Source: an uncultured virus (IMG/VR IMGVR_UViG_3300009034_002461)
Lineage: Duplodnaviria; Heunggongvirae; Uroviricota; Caudoviricetes
Strand: one strand, 5' to 3'
Length of the DNA stretch: 20,000 bases
Virus record (IMG/VR): IMGVR_UViG_3300009034_002461
The notes under the pieces were generated by a model, which was not told the origin of the DNA, searched no databases, and saw only the letters and a list, made by a program, of their open reading frames with translations. The translations under genes and the position numbers were made by a program. Below, piece by piece: positions 8,841-17,875 of this stretch (positions within the stretch are counted from its first letter, which is position 1; every line of letters begins with the position of its first letter).

Positions 8841-9601
8841 GTTTGTTTCCCTTTATAATAATTGAAAAATCTCAGCATTTCAGATGCATGATATTCAATA
8901 TTTTTTTTATCCTTATCTGACAGCTTTTTCATTGACATTTTATTAAAATCAGGAGATTTTTTTACGGTAAAATATTTGTTGTCTCCACATATATTTAATC
9001 GTGGTATTTCCCATTTTTTCTTTATCTTAATAGGATCGACACCTATAAAATCAAATACTTTATCCATTGTCGATTGCACATCACTGCATAAATCTTCATA
9101 TGTTATTAGTAAAAAATCTATTTTTTCTGAATCTCCCATCATAATTTTATTACACTCATTCCATTGTTTTGCGCATATTTTAATTTTATGTCCTCTTCTA
9201 CGGTGAATGCCCTCTGCAACCGCATACCCATTTCTAACGATTCCAATAAATTTAGATGGTGGAAAAGCAAGATCCATGAACTCAAGCCTTAACATGTGAT
9301 GAGGGGATTTTTCTACTAAAAACTTTTTAGACAAATCCCAATTCTTATAAAAATCTCTCTTTATTTTTTCTGCATGATGTTTAACTAAATCATCTTTACT
9401 CCAACGGTACACACTAGGATATAAAGCAAACAAACGTCTTTTTAAACCAAGTTTTGCATCATGTGGTAAATACTTACAATAATGTTGTCCCTCTTGCATC
9501 AGTACTGATAGTTCTTTATTTTTACTCATAAAAAATCTTAAAAGACCTGTGCCAGAATTTGTACATCCAGTTATAAATATATGAATATGTTCCAAGACCA
9601 T
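8825..9601 (-). CDS. Sulfotransferase-family protein
   Basis: IFITGCTNSGT (5'-PSB-like), VEKSPHH, IVRNG, ITYEDL, VFDFIG. Confidence 0.85.
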   Translation of the reverse strand: MVLEHIHIFITGCTNSGTGLLRFFMSKNKELSVLMQEGQHYCKYLPHDAKLGLKRRLFALYPSVYRWSKDDLVKHHAEKIKRDFYKNWDLSKKFLVEKSPHHMLRLEFMDLAFPPSKFIGIVRNGYAVAEGIHRRRGHKIKICAKQWNECNKIMMGDSEKIDFLLITYEDLCSDVQSTMDKVFDFIGVDPIKIKKKWEIPRLNICGDNKYFTVKKSPDFNKMSMKKLSDKDKKNIEYHASEMLRFFNYYKGKQTWGAH

Positions 9602-9604
9602 CTC

Positions 9605-10519
9605 CTATTGTTTAAGATATTTTATAAATTTTCTCATATTTCTTCCTCTACTACCTATCTTTTCATTTAATAATTCTACCATATTATTTTGAAGTTTCAG
9701 TCTTAATTCTTCATTCATCATTAACTTATTTAGATATTCAGATGCAATATTTAGATCCCTGGCCGGATACACCATCGCCGTCTTTCCATGTACGGCATAA
9801 TCATTCATTCCATTTCTGATATAATCGGTACATATCAATGCACACCCAGACAAAGAAGACTCAATGGGGGGATTATGCAGTCCTTCTAATTCGGTTGGTG
9901 CAAACCATACTTTTATTTTGTTATACCAATTATTAAGGACTTTTTCTTTAGGATTTTTTATGTCTCTATTCAACATCTCCAATTTATATCCAGTTTTTTG
10001 AGATATTTTCACGGCATCTTCATGTCTCTTTGTTTTATGCAATTTGCTATATAGTGCCCCGAATATATTTTCGCGTTCTACTTGTTTCACGCAAAATTTA
10101 TTATCATCTATTCCTGGATAAATCAATTCTGATTTTATATTATGACTTGATAGATATTTTTTCAACCATTCGCTATTAACTATACACTTCAAAGATCTAT
10201 AACACGATAATAATTTCTTTTCACTTGCATTCCACAATTCATGAGCCCTTATATAATAGAACTTTTTCTTTATCTTTGATCTTAGCACATCTTCAACGCT
10301 ATAGTAGCCAGTTGCAATAACAACATGCCCATTTGGACATTTATTGCCCACAATAAATTGTATATTCTTCAAATTATGCCATGTATATTTATTTAGGACA
10401 TTGCTATAGAATATAATCTCATGACCTAATTTACACAAAACTCTTCCACACTTAACAAGAGTTCTACTACCTCCATTGTTTCCCAAGCCTGTATTGTAAA
10501 GATTGAATACTATTTTCAT
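9605..10519 (-). CDS. Glycosyltransferase, GT4-like (GT-B)
   Basis: NGGSR, VIATG, VNSEWL, PGID, EGLHNPPIE (Ex7E). Confidence 0.85.
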   Translation of the reverse strand: MKIVFNLYNTGLGNNGGSRTLVKCGRVLCKLGHEIIFYSNVLNKYTWHNLKNIQFIVGNKCPNGHVVIATGYYSVEDVLRSKIKKKFYYIRAHELWNASEKKLLSCYRSLKCIVNSEWLKKYLSSHNIKSELIYPGIDDNKFCVKQVERENIFGALYSKLHKTKRHEDAVKISQKTGYKLEMLNRDIKNPKEKVLNNWYNKIKVWFAPTELEGLHNPPIESSLSGCALICTDYIRNGMNDYAVHGKTAMVYPARDLNIASEYLNKLMMNEELRLKLQNNMVELLNEKIGSRGRNMRKFIKYLKQ

Positions 10520-11502
10520 AAGATATTTTTAATTAATTTATATAAATGATCGACAGCTTTTTCCATGCATATATTATCATCATAATATTTCTTTATATTA
10601 CCATCACAATTAAGCATCTTCTCAACTCCATTCATAATATTTTTTCCGTTGACAAGAATACCAGTTTCTTCAGTGATATATTTTTCATGCCAAAAATTCA
10701 TATTATTAGTAGCAACAACTGGGATGCCACAAGCTAGATATTCTGGTATGACTCTTGGACATGAATCATAGTTAGTTGAGCAACAAACTCCCACTTTACA
10801 TGAACTAATTTTTTCAGGCAAATATTTCCGCAAAAACCATCCTGCCCAATTTATATCTACATTTAATTTCTTTGCTTTATTTACATATTCCTTACTATTA
10901 TTCCCCAAGTTTAAAATGCTATATTTCGTGTTTGAAAATGTTTTCAATAATAATTTATGTCTTTTTATGGTTCCTTGTGAAGCATTTGCTATAAAACAAA
11001 TATCATATTTCTTTTTTGTATTATATGGTCTGAATAATGTAGCCGCTGGTTTTATGAATAATTTAACTCGTTTTCCTTTTCTCTTTATCTCTTTCTTCTG
11101 TTTTTTAGAGTCTACTAAAAATAAATCATATGTGTCAAAATTGCTTTGTGGATAATATCGTGTTCCTGCACCGTAATAAACCTTTTTCGCTTTTGGATAT
11201 TGTTTCAAAAAATTATCATAATAAGAAAAACCCCCACGACACACGATAAGATCTGGATAAAAAGACGGCTTGTAAGTTTCTAATTTTGATAACCATTTTT
11301 CCCTAAATCTACTATTAACAACAAATTTTCTTTTTTCAAAATCACTTTGATATAGTAATTCTGCTTTTGCTTTAAACTTTTTAGACAAATAGTAAAAAAG
11401 TTGAGTCCAAACATCGCTACAATTTTCTATACAATTATATAACACTTTTTTGGGATGTTCGTGTCGCGGGGGTATAGAGCCCCTCAAAAATATAATATTC
11501 AT
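10516..11502 (-). CDS. Glycosyltransferase, GT4-like (GT-B)
   Basis: KKYDICFIA, KRH, DSCPRVIPEYLACGIPVV, ETG. Confidence 0.85.
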   Translation of the reverse strand: MNIIFLRGSIPPRHEHPKKVLYNCIENCSDVWTQLFYYLSKKFKAKAELLYQSDFEKRKFVVNSRFREKWLSKLETYKPSFYPDLIVCRGGFSYYDNFLKQYPKAKKVYYGAGTRYYPQSNFDTYDLFLVDSKKQKKEIKRKGKRVKLFIKPAATLFRPYNTKKKYDICFIANASQGTIKRHKLLLKTFSNTKYSILNLGNNSKEYVNKAKKLNVDINWAGWFLRKYLPEKISSCKVGVCCSTNYDSCPRVIPEYLACGIPVVATNNMNFWHEKYITEETGILVNGKNIMNGVEKMLNCDGNIKKYYDDNICMEKAVDHLYKLIKNIL

Positions 11503-12137
11503 AATATAATATTCCTCAAAGAAAAAAGATATTTCGCTTTATTCTTTTTTCTTTCCAAATAAATGGTAGAATTTGTATAAAAATAATTATAAATTTTTAT
11601 ACAATATTTTTTATCACCAGTTCTTAATTTATGTGGTGTCCTATTTAAGTATAGATTCATACTTATATCTAATTTATTGTTCAAAAAATCACATAATCCA
11701 GATAACAAAGATCGGGATGACGATGTAATATCAAAATATACCGACTTATGATCTCCCAAATACCAACACCCATCCCCGTCAAAATAGCCTCTTATAAAAT
11801 CCTTTTTTAAATCATTATCGATAAAATATATAACTTCATCCCATGATATTGTATAAGTTTTTTTATTGTAAATACCATCAAATTTTAGATTTTCTATTAA
11901 TTTTTTAGACGATATTCGAAACTGTACATATTTTATATTTTTATAAGAATGTTCTTCTAACTTATTTTTAGATTGACAAAATTTTTTAAATTTTTCTAGA
12001 TGACGCTCATCTTTATACGATAATTTTATGGATAAAGTATTCCTATCCTTGCAAATATATCCATCTGATGCTATAAACCCTAACCAATATGCACGATGCT
12101 CAGTATCAACATTTCTAAAACAATCACTTATCTTCAT
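11499..12137 (-). mobile_element. Free-standing double-motif LAGLIDADG homing endonuclease gene
   Basis: AYWLGFIASDGYI and FIRGYFDGDGC motifs, C-terminal YLERK; ATGA overlaps at both ends. Confidence 0.88.
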
Positions 12138-13090
12138 GATAAAATTTCCTTACATTTGCTAATTATCAATCCCATATCTATATTTCTACACTGCCATTTA
12201 CATTTTTCTTTATTTATTTGCCAAAAATCATATCCCATTAATAATTGACATGGAGAGCATTGCAAATCTTCTCTTCGTAATGGATGAGCATAAATATGAA
12301 ACTTTTTTTCATAATTTTTTTTCATATCAGTAAAAGTAAATAAAACGATGTTAGGTACACCAATCATATTCGCAAGATGGTATGTACCAGTATCGTTCGA
12401 TATCAATAATCTAGTCCCTTTAATAGCCGATATAGTTTGTTCTAAAGATAGCCCTGTAAAATTCTTTGTGCCCTTCACGCGTTCACTCTTACAACCCAAG
12501 CTACCGACCGTATATCCCAAACCTATCAATATATCTGCAAGTTTTCTATATTTCGGATAACTCTTAGCTTCCCATCTTTTTTGCGACTCATCACTTGTTT
12601 TACTATATCCATCGTGCATTAAAATATCAGGAATTCCCCCACCCTTCTTTATATGCGATAATACTTTTCCAGATTTCAAAAAATCCTTGTCAGAAAAATT
12701 ATTATCAATTGATTTGAGATTAAAAAGTACTTCTGAAAATTCTTTTCTCATATTTAACATCATCCTATTATGTATTGGTATACCGGATCTCGTTCTTTTG
12801 TTTATAAAACTATAACTAGCTGGTGTACCATGACACGCATAAGTAAGTATTTGAAATCGATATTTATGCTTTTTCATTTCTTCGTTTGAACGATATACAC
12901 CTTTTTCATATTTAGATAAAAATATTTTTTCTGCAGATCTAAATAATATTTTAGTTATTTTTGTTTGTGTCGGAATAGAATTATAAACCCATATTGGATT
13001 TGGAAATACTTTTCTACAATATAAAAATGCTGGTACTGTTTCGACTTGATTGCCTATACCGTCCCCGACTACAAATAATATTGGCTTCAT
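12134..13090 (-). CDS. GT9-like (ADP-heptose heptosyltransferase family) glycosyltransferase
   Basis: DGIGNQV, ISNDTGTYHLANMIGVPNIVLF, C-terminal CSPC...C...C. Confidence 0.85.
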   Translation of the reverse strand: MKPILFVVGDGIGNQVETVPAFLYCRKVFPNPIWVYNSIPTQTKITKILFRSAEKIFLSKYEKGVYRSNEEMKKHKYRFQILTYACHGTPASYSFINKRTRSGIPIHNRMMLNMRKEFSEVLFNLKSIDNNFSDKDFLKSGKVLSHIKKGGGIPDILMHDGYSKTSDESQKRWEAKSYPKYRKLADILIGLGYTVGSLGCKSERVKGTKNFTGLSLEQTISAIKGTRLLISNDTGTYHLANMIGVPNIVLFTFTDMKKNYEKKFHIYAHPLRREDLQCSPCQLLMGYDFWQINKEKCKWQCRNIDMGLIISKCKEILS

Positions 13091-13107
13091 ATCTATCCTT
13101 CAATAGT

Positions 13108-13869
13108 TTAGCGGATTTGTTTAGAACTTTTATCGTGTTTGCCACGTATTCTATTATATGGAGGTAAACTCCTAGTATACGTCACGTATTTCTGCTCAAT
13201 TTTTTTTCTTTGTTTGTCATTCAGTCCATATACATTATAATAATATAAAGTATTTTTTATAAACACGACTCTCTCTTTGCCTGCCATTTCTAACATTGGG
13301 AACATAAAAGCAAGATCTGTTCCTCTTTTAATCCATTCTCCATCAGGCAAGACAAAATCTTTTCGATCTATCTTATCCCACAACCATTTTTTAAATGTTC
13401 TCAAAGCACTCGTTGACCAAGCATTTCTTCTATGAGAATTATTTGCCCACACTTTATCTGGAACTCTTTTATTCCAATTAGCACCTGCATTAGAAGTATA
13501 TGAGCCATATGTGATCCAACATTTTCTTTTTCTATATACTTTTCTAACTATTGCAATCGCCTTAGTCGTAAAAAAGTGATCATCTAAATCAAGATGCATA
13601 ATAATAGATTCATCATTTTTTATACATCTTGTACAAATATATCTATTATATAACGCTCCATGATTGCGTTGTTTGTGGACTTTTACTATTTTAAATCTAC
13701 TATCATTCTTTATCAGCGATTTGACTACTTCCGGCGTACTATCATCAGATGGATCTATAGCTATAAAACATTCAAAATCTGGGATACTTTGTGTAACAAT
13801 AGATTTATGCCACTGTTTTACAAATTGTTTACAATTACAACCAACGGATATTATTGAATACTTAATCAT
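13108..13869 (-). CDS. Glycosyltransferase family 2
   Basis: YSIISVGCN, IDPSDD, HLDLDD, WITYGS, TDLAFMFPMLEMAG, LYYYN. Confidence 0.85.
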   Translation of the reverse strand: MIKYSIISVGCNCKQFVKQWHKSIVTQSIPDFECFIAIDPSDDSTPEVVKSLIKNDSRFKIVKVHKQRNHGALYNRYICTRCIKNDESIIMHLDLDDHFFTTKAIAIVRKVYRKRKCWITYGSYTSNAGANWNKRVPDKVWANNSHRRNAWSTSALRTFKKWLWDKIDRKDFVLPDGEWIKRGTDLAFMFPMLEMAGKERVVFIKNTLYYYNVYGLNDKQRKKIEQKYVTYTRSLPPYNRIRGKHDKSSKQIR

Positions 13870-13871
13870 TT

Positions 13872-14750
13872 TTATATCCCGAAATAATATTCTCTTATTG
13901 ATAAATTTGCATTAAAAATTTTTCTAATAATCTTAGACATGTGGCATTTTATATCTAATATAGTTTTCATATAATTCAAAAATGTTCTTCCCAGAACAGG
14001 CGATCCGGCAAATTTATGAACTTCTCTTCCTACCTCTAATATGCGTGGATCTATATCGCTAATATCTATTCTTTGATATAGTTCTTGTGGCAATTTTGTC
14101 GGAGAGTACCAATATAGTTTTTCAGGAGCATCACCAAGAGGACTATCCAAAGTTTTTCTCATCATATATTCTGCCTTTCTATGCTTCCTATAGAAATATA
14201 TTTTAAGCACTTCTTGATCGCATCCCCATATCCACGATCTATATTCAACATTATTTTTTTTTGCAAATCTAACATAATCTTGAAACGTTTTTGGTATAAA
14301 TTGTCTTTCTCTCAATTTATGTGCCCTAAATCCACACATACCAGCGAGCAAAGGAGTATTATGTTCTCTAAAACTTCTTACTCCATGAATGTAAAGATTT
14401 TTGCACCTTAAAAACAAACGCATAGCGACAATTTCTCTTCTTATTGGTATAGCATCAAGATCTCTACAAAAAACGACTTTGACATCTTTATCCCACAAAG
14501 GTCTCATTCTCCATAATGTAGGTTGAGTGATTTTGACTTGCTTCTGTATAACTTCTATTTCAAGCTTATCAGTTCTTTTTGCTATTTTCTGTAGAAATTT
14601 AAATAAAGGAAAATTGATAATACTTTGCGGAACATGTATGCGGTTAACAAATTTTTTAAAAATAATGCTATTGGCAATTAGTACAATTGGTATCGGAACC
14701 CAATATCTTGCATCGCTGCCAAATAACACAAATGACATAATATTCTTCAT
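13872..14750 (-). CDS. Uncharacterised DxD protein, putative GT-A glycosyltransferase
   Basis: SFVLFG..Y, WRMRPLWD, CRDLDA, RE, H..R...H, LAGMCG, DQ; I recognise this pattern from unannotated proteins in glycan loci. Confidence 0.5.
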   Translation of the reverse strand: MKNIMSFVLFGSDARYWVPIPIVLIANSIIFKKFVNRIHVPQSIINFPLFKFLQKIAKRTDKLEIEVIQKQVKITQPTLWRMRPLWDKDVKVVFCRDLDAIPIRREIVAMRLFLRCKNLYIHGVRSFREHNTPLLAGMCGFRAHKLRERQFIPKTFQDYVRFAKKNNVEYRSWIWGCDQEVLKIYFYRKHRKAEYMMRKTLDSPLGDAPEKLYWYSPTKLPQELYQRIDISDIDPRILEVGREVHKFAGSPVLGRTFLNYMKTILDIKCHMSKIIRKIFNANLSIREYYFGI

Positions 14751-14756
14751 AATGAA

Positions 14757-15680
14757 TTAAACCCTTTTTCCTTTTATAGCTATACTATAAACTTCCATGT
14801 TGCTTCTCATCGGTCTAAGAGTAATTGAAACCTCTCTATCCGTGCATTTTACACTGAATAAACGTTCTCGATTAATCGATAGAAAAAGCTCATTTCCTCT
14901 TCTTTTAACTTTGATAGAAAATTTACGTCCTTCTCTTATTAATGTACTAGTAGGAACATCAAAATCTATTTTCTTAAACAGTGGTCCTTCCGTAAACATT
15001 TTACCAGTATGTCTCCCCTGAAAACCGAATACAGAATCATTTATTTCAATACCACAAGCGCTGTCTCTTATCTCTGTTATACTTAATTTCGCTTTATATG
15101 AGAAATCTCCCTCTAATTTAGCAGATCGTATTTTAACCCTCGCGCCACCTTGTAGGTAATAATACATAGGCGACTCTATGTATTTTTCAGATTTCAACAA
15201 TTTCAGTATACTTGCAGAAAACGCTCTATCTTCTTCTCTCTTTATATTAGGGAAACCAACTTGCAATGCCAATTTTCTTTTTATTGGATTTAAATGGTTA
15301 GGAGGTCTGTAATAAACACCATCTCTGAAATACCATCGTTTATTTTTTATAGAGTGAATGAATGTTCTCGGATCTCTACAACTAAAAGTTACGATACCAT
15401 TTATTCCGCAACAATCTGGTCTGTCTTTTGTGGCTTTCAAAATATTAGTGATATAATCATAAGGAATCAAGTCATCATCATCTACGAATGAAATATATTC
15501 ACCACGAGCCTTGTGCAATAATATATTTCTTTTTTTTCCAATTGTTTTCTCCCCATTGTCTGTTTCAATAACTATTTCAACCTTGCCTTTTAACTGAGGT
15601 TTCAGTCTATATAATAATCTGTCTAACAGTACATGTCTGGATGCTAATGTGCAAACTAAGATTGATAATCTCTTGTCCAT
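14757..15680 (-). CDS. GT2 glycosyltransferase fused to a C-terminal beta-rich (ConA/lectin-like) domain
   Basis: LSILVCTL, DNGEKTIGKKRN, FVDDDD, EED, MYYY; then about 130 aa of alternating hydrophobic strands. Confidence 0.8.
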   Translation of the reverse strand: MDKRLSILVCTLASRHVLLDRLLYRLKPQLKGKVEIVIETDNGEKTIGKKRNILLHKARGEYISFVDDDDLIPYDYITNILKATKDRPDCCGINGIVTFSCRDPRTFIHSIKNKRWYFRDGVYYRPPNHLNPIKRKLALQVGFPNIKREEDRAFSASILKLLKSEKYIESPMYYYLQGGARVKIRSAKLEGDFSYKAKLSITEIRDSACGIEINDSVFGFQGRHTGKMFTEGPLFKKIDFDVPTSTLIREGRKFSIKVKRRGNELFLSINRERLFSVKCTDREVSITLRPMRSNMEVYSIAIKGKRV

Positions 15681-15689
15681 AATTAAATA

Positions 15690-16553
15690 CTAAAACTCTC
15701 CCCAATTTTCGCCCATGGAAACCGCGACAACGCAATTTTTCTTATTCTTCCTATATACTGTTCTATTATTTTCTAAACATTTTTCCTTAGACCAATCAGC
15801 TTCTTTTCTATGATAAATATGAAAAACAGTATGATCATTATCTGGTTTCAATGTCCCAGACCCCAAATATCTCCATGCCCTTAAATTAAAATCTAGATCT
15901 TCAAGTCCATAACCTATAAATCTTTCATCATACCCACCTATTGCCATATAAGTTTTTTTCTTCATAGAGTAAAAACCATTACCAAGAGCTTTATTATCAT
16001 AATAATATTTACGATTAGGTTTCGGTATATCTTTTAATTTTTTTTCCTTCCTTCCATACCTTTCTCGCGCCAAAGCAAAAGAAGAACTTCTAGGTATTAT
16101 AACATGACTTATAAAATTACAATCAAATGTTCTACGTCGAATTGCTGTTTGACTAATTCTAGGTGTGACAAAACGCACTCTATGAGCTAATTTTGTATCG
16201 TTTTTATTGTGATTGAAAAATGATTTAATTTCCTCCAAAAAATTACAATTTACTAGTGAATCTGCATCAATCATTGTAATGTAATTACCAGAAGAACGTT
16301 TTGCGGCGTAGTTAAGAGCTTTTGTTTTCCAAAATATGCCTTTATAGGAAGGATGTAAAAATTTCAAATTTAATTTATTTTTATATTCTTCTTCTGCTGC
16401 TCTACTATGACTATTATATCCGAGATCTGTTATTATAATCTCATAAGTATCTTTTTTAACGCGTTGCGAAGCAAGAAATAATGATCTCAACAAAACTCTC
16501 AAAGAAGCGATTCTATTACGATAAGCAACGATAACAGTATTTTTATAAGACAT
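15690..16553 (-). CDS. GT2 / GT7-C-type glycosyltransferase
   Basis: VIVAYRNR, KTKALN, IDAD, GGYDERFIGYGLEDLDF, HIYH. Confidence 0.88.
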   Translation of the reverse strand: MSYKNTVIVAYRNRIASLRVLLRSLFLASQRVKKDTYEIIITDLGYNSHSRAAEEEYKNKLNLKFLHPSYKGIFWKTKALNYAAKRSSGNYITMIDADSLVNCNFLEEIKSFFNHNKNDTKLAHRVRFVTPRISQTAIRRRTFDCNFISHVIIPRSSSFALARERYGRKEKKLKDIPKPNRKYYYDNKALGNGFYSMKKKTYMAIGGYDERFIGYGLEDLDFNLRAWRYLGSGTLKPDNDHTVFHIYHRKEADWSKEKCLENNRTVYRKNKKNCVVAVSMGENWGEF

Positions 16554-16576
16554 TTATCCATCTCACAAAATAACAA

Positions 16577-16615
16577 AAATATACACGATTATGTATATTT
16601 ATTCGGAACTATCAA
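16577..16615 (-). promoter_or_regulatory. Candidate sigma70-like promoter for the glycan operon, overlapped by an inverted repeat
   Basis: Minus strand TTGATA (16615-16610), 16 nt, CATAAT (16593-16588). Inverted repeat AAATATACAT-aatc-GTGTATATTT spans 16600-16577, followed by more Ts. This is the only sizeable intergenic gap next to the operon. Confidence 0.45.
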
Positions 16616-16628
16616 ATATCTCTATGCA

Positions 16629-17204
16629 TTATGAGACGGTAGCATTCACTTTATCTGCTTCTTTCTCCTTCCACGCTTTTTGAACGATACATTCGCCATC
16701 CATATGATCCAATTCATGAAAAATAACCCTGGCCCTGAAACCTTTAAATTCTTCAATATGATCCATCCAATTTTCATCAAAATATTTTATTTTAATAGAA
16801 TAAGGTCTTTCGACATTACAAAAAATATTAGGATATGACAAACATCCTTCATTCGCCACAAGTTTTATAGGATCTTCATATAAAATCTCAGGATTGATGA
16901 AGATTTTGACAAAATCAACTCCGACCTTAAATCTAGCAGCAAATATTCTTTGGGCTATCCCAATCTGAGAACCCGACAAACCAACACCATTTTTTGTAGC
17001 AACCAAAATTCGTTTTAAATCATATGATATCTGTTTTATGTGATTTCCTTTTACGCATGTCTCGCATACCTTCTTTAATATTGGATCATCAAATTTAATA
17101 ATTCTATCAACTAATGTTATACGATGTTTTTCTTTAGCTAACTTGTCTTTAAGGGCTTTTTTCTTTCTAGCTCTGGCTTTAGCCTTTCCTTGTAATTTAC
17201 CCAT
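16629..17204 (-). CDS. def: Peptide deformylase with basic N-terminal extension
   Basis: Three PDF motifs GVGLSGSQIG, EGCLS, HELDH; SD GGGAG. Confidence 0.96.
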   Translation of the reverse strand: MGKLQGKAKARARKKKALKDKLAKEKHRITLVDRIIKFDDPILKKVCETCVKGNHIKQISYDLKRILVATKNGVGLSGSQIGIAQRIFAARFKVGVDFVKIFINPEILYEDPIKLVANEGCLSYPNIFCNVERPYSIKIKYFDENWMDHIEEFKGFRARVIFHELDHMDGECIVQKAWKEKEADKVNATVS

Positions 17205-17216
17205 TTTTGATCTCCC

Positions 17217-17618
17217 TTAAAAATTCAATTCAACATTAAGTTCCATCCTACCATCTTTTCTCCTACGCTTAGATTTTAAATGATACTTAGCATTTTTTTT
17301 AATTGCTCTACAAACAAGATTTGTATTATATATCTTGTGTAATTTTTTATAGTCAAATATATTATTCAGTTTATCATATTCGGATATATGAAGTTGGAAT
17401 TTTCCATTTACATTTTCAAACCCGACATCATTACTTCCCATGCCAACTTGATTGCGTGGTATAATGATATGAGCCTGTTGTTTTCTCAAATCACCGAGAT
17501 AACCACGTAATTTTTTTGCAACAGAGTTGATAATGGGATTATATCCCATTTCTTTTAACGAATCGATCAAACATTGTTGATCATTCAGATCTATTCTTAT
17601 CAAATGATATTCACTAAT
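17217..17618 (-). CDS. DUF1257 (Ycf35-like) protein
   Basis: LIDSLKEMGY, LRGYLGD.R, AHIIIPR, SNDVGF, ISEYD. Extending from TTG 17603 to ATT 17618 gives MSEYHLIRID, with GGGGA 7 nt upstream. Confidence 0.75.
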   Translation of the reverse strand: MSEYHLIRIDLNDQQCLIDSLKEMGYNPIINSVAKKLRGYLGDLRKQQAHIIIPRNQVGMGSNDVGFENVNGKFQLHISEYDKLNNIFDYKKLHKIYNTNLVCRAIKKNAKYHLKSKRRRKDGRMELNVELNF

Positions 17619-17620
17619 AA

Positions 17621-17857
17621 TTATATCCCCGATTTTCTAACTAATTTTATTGCTCGAATAAGACCATAAACACTCACACAAAATCCAATCGTGTTTATTA
17701 TAATAATTGCAGGAAGAGCGAGAAGAATACCATATGTAAGGAATCCTATTGCCCCAGCCAATAAAAATATCTTAATGACAATAATATTTTTAAATATCGC
17801 TGCCCCATAAATTAACAATCCTGACATGATTCCTATTGCTTCAACAATCCAACTCAA
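17621..17857 (-). CDS. Small three-TM membrane protein (YgjV-like)
   Basis: Hydrophobic 78 aa, WIVEAIG...FLTYGILL...PAIIIIN; TTG start after AAGGAG. Confidence 0.65.
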   Translation of the reverse strand: MSWIVEAIGIMSGLLIYGAAIFKNIIVIKIFLLAGAIGFLTYGILLALPAIIIINTIGFCVSVYGLIRAIKLVRKSGI

Positions 17858-17875
17858 AATACTTCTCCTTCTTGT

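Noticed and set aside
11499..12137. Group I intron or intein around the LAGLIDADG gene
   Set aside because: No non-coding flanks or splice-junction motifs, and both neighbours look complete.
1218..15491. Plus-strand ORFs in the track (e.g. 1218-1424, 5964-6362, 6633-6923, 12348-12560, 14797-15021)
   Set aside because: All are antisense to well-supported minus-strand genes, with F/L/I/S-rich shadow composition and no motifs.
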